This document shows positions 36,436-43,534 of a stretch of 48,276 nucleotides of DNA, piece after piece. This stretch comes from Microgenomates group bacterium GW2011_GWF2_47_9. GTDB taxonomy: Bacteria; Patescibacteriota; Microgenomatia; UBA1400; UBA12108. The stretch is from NCBI GenBank assembly GCA_001003385.1, contig LCPA01000001.1, forward strand, positions 1 to 48,276, in the 5' to 3' direction. The number at the start of each line of letters is the position of its first letter. The first letter of the stretch is position 1. The translations under genes and the position numbers were made by a program. The notes beneath the pieces were generated by a model that did no database searches, was not told the DNA's origin, and saw only the letters and a program-made list of their open reading frames with translations.

Positions 36436-38049
36436 ATGGACGACAACAAAACAAATTTGAATCCAGCCACAAATGATCAACAGGCCCCTGGTTTGGATCC
36501 GCAAAAATTGGTCGATGAGGCGCTTTCAACTTCTACCCCTGTGGAGCCTGTCGTTGCACCCAACCCTCCAACACCCCCTATTGAACCTGCGATTCCTCAG
36601 GAGACTAAGGCGCCTGAAGCACCCCTCCCCGTTCCTAGTGAAGTAGTCCCGCCCGAACTTTTGACAGTAAAGGTAAGTGATGATCTGCCCCTAGCCTTTG
36701 CGCCGAAAGTTGAGCCAACTGTACAAGCGACACCTGAAGTGGCGCCACCCCTTAATCCACCGGTACCCCCTACGCAGGCGGGAAATGCGAGTCTGCCACC
36801 CAAGAAGAAGAGTAATATTTTGGGAATATTAATTGGATTTTTCCTTTTGCTGGGGGGAGTTGTTGGGGGGTATTATGCCTATACTTATCTCTCAAAGTCA
36901 GAGGTACCATCGATTGCCAACGTTGAGGATTGGACTAAAGATCAGTGTCAGAATGGGTGTAGCCCGAAGAACTTTAAAACTAAATGGGTGAAGGATCACT
37001 GTATCGCAACTGAGGAATCGTGTGACGATAACAACGGCGACGGGGAAGACGATAACGCGATGATTGAGGTGGCTTGTGACAACGACCCAGCAACTACTGA
37101 AGTTCATTGTGACTGTGACGGCAAACCTTTTTGTATCAAGGCAAATAATGTGACATGTAATCAGGCAAAACAAATTAAAGGATGCGGGATAACGGTGGGA
37201 GCCGGGTGTTCTGTTAAATATGTGGCGCCGTATACGGCAAAAATGTGTAGTTGTTACAAAAATAAAAATGACATAACTGGTGGACCTCAAACGATATATT
37301 TTGATAGGACCGGCTGGTGTGATGACAAAGCTTCTCCGGCAGAGAGTCAAGACTCTTCTAAGCCAGGTGCCGATGAAGGTCCTAAGGCGACAACCGGACT
37401 TTGTGCATTGTTCTACCAAGACCGGTGTGCAGGTGACGGAGGAGGCGGAGGTGGGGCAGAATGGGGGTGCGACAATAATGGTTGTTGGGTTAATAATTTT
37501 GGACCTGGTTGCTATGTGAAGAGATATAGCTGTCCTAAAGCAGTTTCGGGATCGTGTCAACAGGGTGGCGAAGACCCTGCTAAGTCGTATACATTTAATA
37601 AAGACTGTGGGAAACAACAGATTGATGTATATTGCGATGGCGCAGACCGCGACTTTAGAACGAAGATTTATCCAGCCGATTGCGGACCTAGTCCCAAGCC
37701 GAGCCCAACGCCATCACCCAAGCCAAGCCCTACTCCCAAGCCTACGATCGCTTGTGCCTCGATTAGCAAGGCACCAACAGGTCCCAAGCTCGGAGAGAGT
37801 GTAACGGTGACTTGTAAAGGAACCGTATCGCCTCCAACGACAATCCTGAACCTAACTTACCAGTTTAGATATCGAGTCGGAAAACTGACTGAGGTTGAGA
37901 GCCTGCCGTGGATAAAACTGACGGCGAACGCAGATAAAGCTACGTTTGTGGCCGACGAGCCAGGAGTTTATCAGGTGCAATGTAGAACCTGTGCCAAGAT
38001 TGGAATGTTTAATGTATGCGAACCGAAGTGGGGGGCGACACCGCTATGA
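36436..38049 (+). CDS. Type-II membrane protein with a Pro-rich N-terminal segment, a ~300-aa Cys-rich ectodomain, a PT linker and a C-terminal Ig-like domain
   Basis: About 537 aa from ATG 36436 (the track uses GTG 36424). TM helix ILGILIGFFLLLGGVVGGYYAY. About 30 Cys lie between residues ~170 and 420. Linker SPKPSPTPSPKPSPTPKPT. Confidence 0.5.
   Translation: MDDNKTNLNPATNDQQAPGLDPQKLVDEALSTSTPVEPVVAPNPPTPPIEPAIPQETKAPEAPLPVPSEVVPPELLTVKVSDDLPLAFAPKVEPTVQATPEVAPPLNPPVPPTQAGNASLPPKKKSNILGILIGFFLLLGGVVGGYYAYTYLSKSEVPSIANVEDWTKDQCQNGCSPKNFKTKWVKDHCIATEESCDDNNGDGEDDNAMIEVACDNDPATTEVHCDCDGKPFCIKANNVTCNQAKQIKGCGITVGAGCSVKYVAPYTAKMCSCYKNKNDITGGPQTIYFDRTGWCDDKASPAESQDSSKPGADEGPKATTGLCALFYQDRCAGDGGGGGGAEWGCDNNGCWVNNFGPGCYVKRYSCPKAVSGSCQQGGEDPAKSYTFNKDCGKQQIDVYCDGADRDFRTKIYPADCGPSPKPSPTPSPKPSPTPKPTIACASISKAPTGPKLGESVTVTCKGTVSPPTTILNLTYQFRYRVGKLTEVESLPWIKLTANADKATFVADEPGVYQVQCRTCAKIGMFNVCEPKWGATPL
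37687..37746 (+). repeat. Low-complexity (SPKPSPTP)n linker-coding repeat
   Basis: cct agt ccc aag ccg agc cca acg cca tca ccc aag cca agc cct act ccc aag cct acg. Confidence 0.7.
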
Positions 38050-39470
38050 GAATAACTATGTCGAAAAACACAAGGTCGGTGTTGGTTGGAATAGGGATCT
38101 TTGTTGTGATTATTCTCGGCCTTGGGGTGCTTTATACAGTACGACGAGCGGAACCTCCTACTCCTACCCCTACTCCAGAAGCCTCGCCGATTACCCCAGA
38201 AGTTTTTCAGGTCTCGCCTGACGCATGCGAGCTTTCCTTCACCATCCCCACCCTACCGCTAATCCCGGGCTTGAGCTGTGTTGACAAAAGGCTCTTTCGA
38301 GATGACCCCAATAACACACCAGGCAATTATGACCTTGCCGGTAACGAACTACCAAAAGGAAGGGAGCTTATCCTCGGGAATAGGTATGTGTATGTAATCA
38401 ACTACAAGAATAGCGGGACGGGGGCTGTCGGAGGCAAGATAGTCGATACCCTGCCTGATGGGATTAGCTTTGTGGATGCAAGCGCGAAGTGTACGAACGC
38501 GAGTGGAGTTGTAACCTGTCTACTGGATACGATTGACGCGAACGGGGTTGGGTATGTGGCGATCAGAATCAAGGTAGATAGTAATACCAAAGCTGAAACA
38601 TTTAAGAACGTGGCTAGAATGGTACCAAACAAGGGGGATGAGTCGGTATGTAGACTGACCAACCCGATTCAGGTCATCGAGACACCAGTCTGTAACGAGG
38701 CATGTAATGACACCAACTTGTTGTGTGAAACAGGCCTAGTTTGTTACAAACAGCCAGGGCAGACAACGGGAGTATGCCGCAATAACCAATGCCTCGAAGA
38801 AGAAGATTGTTTGTGTAGTTCTGCGACCCCTTCTCCCTCCCCTTCCACTTCCGCTTCCCCCTCGCCATCCCCTTCTGTGCCGGGTAGCGCGAACCCAAGT
38901 CCGAGTCCTTCAGAGGGCCAGTCGGCGGAATTGGATTGTGTAGTCAAGCGAGCTTACGAAGACGACGAGCGAAATACTCAGGGCCAATATTATCTAAATA
39001 CCGAGATAACTGATGCTAACACCCTCTCGAATGGCCAGTTTATTGTTTACAACATTGTGGTTGCAAATAACGGCGGAGCGGCTGTATCGGACACAACAAT
39101 TACCGACGTTTTGTCGAATAATTTGGAGTACGTTGACGCGGATAATGACTGTTCCTATAACGCAGAAGTAAAAACTGTGACCTGTACTGTTGGGTCTTTG
39201 CCCTCAAACACCCAAGTCTCCCGCTCAATAAGAGTCAAGATTGTGGTTGCCGGAGCAAGTTCGATCAACAATACGGCTGACATATTCTCGACCAACGGAC
39301 AGAGAGACGCATGTAGTATTTCGGTGAACGCAACCGGACAAGTAGTGCAACCTCCTTCTCCGATCCCGACCGAGTTGCCAGAGGCAGGAGTCTTTGAGAT
39401 TACCGTAGGCACACTTGGGGCCGGATTCTTGCTCCTACTCTTGGGCGCACTTGGATTATTGCTCTTGTAG
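38046..39470 (+). CDS. Surface protein with two DUF11-type (conserved repeat) domains, a Cys knot, a PS linker and an LPxTG-like C-terminal signal
   Basis: ATGA overlap with the upstream gene, and an N-terminal TM helix. Two repeats of the pattern YVINYKNSGTGAVGGKIVDTLPDGISFVD...VTC / YNIVVANNGGAAVSDTTITDVLSNNLEYVD...VTC. The C-terminus reads ELPEAGVFEITVGTLGAGFLLLLLGALGLLLL. Confidence 0.6.
   Translation: MRITMSKNTRSVLVGIGIFVVIILGLGVLYTVRRAEPPTPTPTPEASPITPEVFQVSPDACELSFTIPTLPLIPGLSCVDKRLFRDDPNNTPGNYDLAGNELPKGRELILGNRYVYVINYKNSGTGAVGGKIVDTLPDGISFVDASAKCTNASGVVTCLLDTIDANGVGYVAIRIKVDSNTKAETFKNVARMVPNKGDESVCRLTNPIQVIETPVCNEACNDTNLLCETGLVCYKQPGQTTGVCRNNQCLEEEDCLCSSATPSPSPSTSASPSPSPSVPGSANPSPSPSEGQSAELDCVVKRAYEDDERNTQGQYYLNTEITDANTLSNGQFIVYNIVVANNGGAAVSDTTITDVLSNNLEYVDADNDCSYNAEVKTVTCTVGSLPSNTQVSRSIRVKIVVAGASSINNTADIFSTNGQRDACSISVNATGQVVQPPSPIPTELPEAGVFEITVGTLGAGFLLLLLGALGLLLL
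38817..38912 (+). repeat. Low-complexity Pro/Ser linker-coding region
   Basis: Encodes SSATPSPSPSTSASPSPSPSVPGSANPSPSPS. Confidence 0.7.
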
Positions 39471-41843
39471 TTATTTCCAGCTAGGGATGAGATGAAAGAT
39501 ACTGTTCCAGTAAGTGCTTGGCATGGGAAACCCAAGATGAAGCGGTAAGCTAAGAAGAAAACCCAAGACTATAAATCCAACGAAGACATAAATAAGAGCG
39601 CGAGGGAGTTTGAGGAGCCAGGCGGAAAGTAAAACGCACAGGAAGACTGAGGAGGGGAGATAGTGATAAAAGAACATAATCCGGGGAGAAAATATCCAGG
39701 GCACGACAAAACTAGCGTAGAGAACATAAAAGAGGAAATATTTATAGCGCCTTAAATAGATGAGGGACGAGATAAGAGCGACCAAACCTAGCCAGAGCAA
39801 GGGGGGGTTTCCTTGAGCGTAGATATTGGTAAGTTTTTCACCATACTCAACAAAGTACCAAACTGGACGCAGGGAAAAGATCCAGTCCAGGGGAGTGGAT
39901 TGATAGGCATGAGTTGCCACAAGGTGGGTGTGATAGTGCCACATTTGCCGTTGGAGCTCCCACCACTCTCCCCAAGTGTGCCCCGCGACAATGAAGGGTG
40001 TGAAAGTAAGCACATAGACAATTAGGGCAATCATTATTAGCCTAATAGCGTGAAGGATGCTCTTGAGCTTGAAGAAAGTATGGGGAAAAGAGTGGAGGAA
40101 GATAACCGCAAGAGGGACAAGACCATAAACGGCACTCCATTTACTAGACAAGGCGAGTCCCCAAGCAAGACTTGCAAGTTTAAAGCGAGATTTGACAGCC
40201 AAATAGAGTGCCCACAATAGAAATGTAAGCATAAAAATATCGTTCATGGCGATCCGGGACTGAGATAAGTGAAGACCTTCGAGGGTAAGAAGAAAACTAG
40301 AAAGAAGTGCCAGGCGCCTGTTGTGCCAGACAGACTGAACCAAGAGATACAAGCCAAGAACGCTTAACGCACCAAAAAGAGCCGAAGGGAGGCGCCAGCC
40401 GAGCGAGTTTTCACCAGCGACAAGCATGCCTGCGACCATGAAGTATTTGGCGAGCGGAGGGTGAGTCCATTCATAGGCGACTCCGGGAGGGGGGGTGGTC
40501 CACCATTCCCAGGCAGAGATGTTGTTGTTTAACAGCTCTCTGGCGGTAAAGGCGTGGTAGACTTCGTCGAAAATGTATTGCGTCGGATAGCTAAGGTTGA
40601 CAAGACGGACAGAAAGCGCAAAAAGCAAGATTGTCGACAAGACAATGTTTTTAAAAAAACGAGAGGCAAAACTGCGCAGACTGGCAAGCCAATCCCAGGA
40701 CAAACTTAGAAAAAGCGCGATCAGGACATTGAGAGAGGACACAAACCTAATAAAAACAAAAGAGACAGGCCAAATCTGATCAGCCGACCAGAGATAGGCG
40801 GCATAAAGATTGGCAATATAGGTGAGAGTGAGGAAAGAGGTGGGAATGATAATTGAGGGAGAAAAAGAGGCGGCGAGAGCTAAAAATGGCAAGCCAAAAA
40901 GGAGATGACGCTCGTGCATACGAGTGGTAAAAACATAAAAGTTGACAAAAACAGAGCCAATGATGAGAGGTAGATAGGTGGATTTGAATTGACGCCTTTT
41001 CCAATTGAGGAAATTGAGTAGAGTGGTCTGCAAAAAGAGGAAATAGCCTAGAAACTTGCCTGAAATACCTAGGATAGAAAGGTTGTCACTAGGCCATGCG
41101 CTTGCGGTTTGTTTGAGCGACCAAAAGTTCCAGGCATTTATCGTGGTGTAGGGATAGGTTCCTGCCTGCTCGACAGCTTTGTCAAATAGAAACTGAAAAG
41201 GGTGAAGAGGACTTGCGGGAAAGCCGGGCAGGAGGAAGACAGAGAATGAAACAAGCGAAAAAATGAGGGCATTTTTTTTGTTGCGCCTGAAGGTCAAGAA
41301 AAGCAGGAAAGGTAGGGCGAGAAGCATAATGGGTTTGAAGGATGTAGCCAACCCAAAATAAACAGCGCCTAGGATGTGGTTTTTCCGTAGCGTTTGGAGG
41401 GATAAGAGGGTGAGGAGGGCCGGAATAGTATCTAGCTGGCCCCAGAACGCGCTATCGCCGATCAAGGCCGGAGAAAGGAAAAGAAAAATACTGAAGATCC
41501 AAAAATTGGATTTGGGAGACGCGACAAATATTTTGAGGAGTAAAAATAGCTCGAAAAAAGAAATAAGGAGCTTGAAAACAAGACCAAAGGTGAGGCCTAA
41601 ATTTTGAGATATTATAACGATGGGAACAAGAAAATAAATGGGGAGCGGGAGATAGTCGGACCAAGTGGAGGCAAAAAAATCGGCAGGCCCCTTCTCGAGC
41701 ATAAGATTACCCCAGGCATGATAGGTATCGATGTCGTAAGTGTGGGCGGGAGTAAAGGCGCCGTAGATTCTTATAAGAATGCTAAGGGCTAACACCAAGT
41801 AAAATAGACCGCGCTTATTGGCTATTGAGGGAGTTGTCGACAT
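39471..41843 (-). CDS. Tandem GT-C membrane glycosyltransferase: N-terminal GT-C module fused to a C-terminal PMT/GT39-like protein O-mannosyltransferase module
   Basis: 790 aa with more than 20 TM helices. First module has HTYDIDTYHAWG in loop 1. Second module has YPTQYIFDEVYHAFTA (PMT DE motif), THPPLAKYFMVAG and SRIAMNDIF. Confidence 0.65.
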   Translation of the reverse strand: MSTTPSIANKRGLFYLVLALSILIRIYGAFTPAHTYDIDTYHAWGNLMLEKGPADFFASTWSDYLPLPIYFLVPIVIISQNLGLTFGLVFKLLISFFELFLLLKIFVASPKSNFWIFSIFLFLSPALIGDSAFWGQLDTIPALLTLLSLQTLRKNHILGAVYFGLATSFKPIMLLALPFLLFLTFRRNKKNALIFSLVSFSVFLLPGFPASPLHPFQFLFDKAVEQAGTYPYTTINAWNFWSLKQTASAWPSDNLSILGISGKFLGYFLFLQTTLLNFLNWKRRQFKSTYLPLIIGSVFVNFYVFTTRMHERHLLFGLPFLALAASFSPSIIIPTSFLTLTYIANLYAAYLWSADQIWPVSFVFIRFVSSLNVLIALFLSLSWDWLASLRSFASRFFKNIVLSTILLFALSVRLVNLSYPTQYIFDEVYHAFTARELLNNNISAWEWWTTPPPGVAYEWTHPPLAKYFMVAGMLVAGENSLGWRLPSALFGALSVLGLYLLVQSVWHNRRLALLSSFLLTLEGLHLSQSRIAMNDIFMLTFLLWALYLAVKSRFKLASLAWGLALSSKWSAVYGLVPLAVIFLHSFPHTFFKLKSILHAIRLIMIALIVYVLTFTPFIVAGHTWGEWWELQRQMWHYHTHLVATHAYQSTPLDWIFSLRPVWYFVEYGEKLTNIYAQGNPPLLWLGLVALISSLIYLRRYKYFLFYVLYASFVVPWIFSPRIMFFYHYLPSSVFLCVLLSAWLLKLPRALIYVFVGFIVLGFLLSLPLHLGFPMPSTYWNSIFHLIPSWK

Positions 41844-42825
41844 ATTGATGTACTTCCTGCCAACTATTAGTCGGGACTAGGACCCATTGTCCAGCGTATG
41901 GCGTTTTGAGACGAGGGGTAGAGAAGAATGTTTCTAAGTTATATGAAGAGATTTTTTGACCATCTTTTTCAAACGACAAGAAAAACTTGAGGAAACTGCC
42001 GAGTTCATCCTTGCTAATATCGGCATTGATCGAGGAGGCAAAACTGTCATAGACATTTTTGAGGGTATCGGGTGCCAAAAAAGTTTTTGTTTCGAGAAGC
42101 TTATCCTTGAAAGCAAGGATAATTTTTTGTTGACGGGCAGAGCGGGCAAAGTCGGTCCCCTCTTCTCCTTCGGCGTGGCGGGAACGGGCAAACTTGAGGG
42201 CTGTTACACCATCAAGATGAGTGGGGCCGGCCTCGAAACGGAGATGTTCGTAACGCTCACTCTCTGGAAAAACATCTTCTTTGCCTGGAACCGGGTATTT
42301 GTAATCGTCGAAGGCCCGTTCAACAACAACATCAATACCACCAAGCGCATCAATAGCCTTAATAAAACCCTGAAAGTCTAGGACGAGAGCATAGTGAACC
42401 GGCTCACCCACAATCTCGGAGACAGCAGATTTAGCTAGAGCGATTCCCCCACCCTCCCGACGCTCCAGGCCATAGTGGTAGGCGGTGTTGACCTTGGCTT
42501 GCATAGTATCAACCCAAATGTCGCGGGGAATGGGGACGAGTTTAACAGAATGAGTAGAGTGGTTAAGAGAGACGAAAATAATGCTGTCCGTCAGGTCGGG
42601 AGCGCTGTGACCTACACCCCCTATCCCCAACAAGACTAGATTGGTCCGATTGTCGCTGGTCCTTAGTTCTTCGGCGGGGTTAGTGACCAAACCCGAAACA
42701 ACGGAACGGGTGGTTTGACTTTTGAAGAGAAGGACAAAAACAGAAACCGCAACTAAGCCAAGTCCCACAAAAAGAAGGACAAGTCTGTTGGTGACCGTAA
42801 TCGGGTTTTTAACTTTTGGATCCAT
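41815..42825 (-). CDS. LytR-CpsA-Psr (LCP) family phosphotransferase
   Basis: 336 aa with a TM anchor. RTNLVLLGIGG...DSIIFVSLN...VKLVPIPRDIWV...KVNTAYHYG...ALVLDFQGFIKAIDALGGIDV. Confidence 0.85.
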   Translation of the reverse strand: MDPKVKNPITVTNRLVLLFVGLGLVAVSVFVLLFKSQTTRSVVSGLVTNPAEELRTSDNRTNLVLLGIGGVGHSAPDLTDSIIFVSLNHSTHSVKLVPIPRDIWVDTMQAKVNTAYHYGLERREGGGIALAKSAVSEIVGEPVHYALVLDFQGFIKAIDALGGIDVVVERAFDDYKYPVPGKEDVFPESERYEHLRFEAGPTHLDGVTALKFARSRHAEGEEGTDFARSARQQKIILAFKDKLLETKTFLAPDTLKNVYDSFASSINADISKDELGSFLKFFLSFEKDGQKISSYNLETFFSTPRLKTPYAGQWVLVPTNSWQEVHQYVDNSLNSQ

Positions 42826-43489
42826 TTTGGGAATAAGTAGAGCAGACGTTAATAATATCGATAAAACTCTTTGAGTTTAGGCAGGCAGTCGAGACAAGGA
42901 GGCCTGAGACATGGGGAATAAGAGGGACGGCGTTACCGGCGTTGACGGAGCCACCATACATAACGCGGGCTTGCTCGCCGATGATTTTTTTAAACTCTCC
43001 TACGGTACCCACGATGTCCTCAAGGGGGGCAGTATCTGTGCCGCCTATGTCTGCGGGGGGTTCGTAACAATAAATAGGAGAGAGAATATTGCAGGTAAGA
43101 GCACTTAATTGGGGCGCTAGATCTGATTTGGAGAGGCAGAGGATTGGGGTGATGCCTACACCCAAAAGGAGGTCAACTTTGTTGGCGATTTCGACCGGTG
43201 TTTCATGGAAATACTTGCGGCGTTCGGAATGGCCCACCAAACAATAGGTGACTCCAAAATCTTTGAGTTGATCGGCGTTGACCGCTCCGGTATAGGAGCC
43301 AGGCGGAAAGGGAGAGACGTCTTGGGCGGCAAGGACAAGAGGAGAGGACACTAGGGAGAGATGGGGGAAGGAAGGGGCGACAACCAGAGATAATGAGGAG
43401 GGGGCGTGGGGAGTTACGTCTCTGACCCAAGAAACAACATCTTCCTTGAGCTTGTTTGATTTGAAGGTGGCTGTGAGCAGAAAACGCAT
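42809..43489 (-). CDS. tpiA: Triosephosphate isomerase (divergent)
   Basis: From the ATG at complement 43487-43489: MRFLLTATFKSN (compare GNWKLN), LVGHSERR, CYEPPADIGG (compare YEPVWAIGTG), MYGGSVN. The track start at 43528 would add 13 aa and leave 6 bp to the divergent gene. Confidence 0.8.
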   Translation of the reverse strand: MRFLLTATFKSNKLKEDVVSWVRDVTPHAPSSLSLVVAPSFPHLSLVSSPLVLAAQDVSPFPPGSYTGAVNADQLKDFGVTYCLVGHSERRKYFHETPVEIANKVDLLLGVGITPILCLSKSDLAPQLSALTCNILSPIYCYEPPADIGGTDTAPLEDIVGTVGEFKKIIGEQARVMYGGSVNAGNAVPLIPHVSGLLVSTACLNSKSFIDIINVCSTYSQNGSKS

Positions 43490-43534
43490 GAGGTTAGTAT
43501 ACCGCAAGGCACCTATTTCGGGTATCATGTGTGA

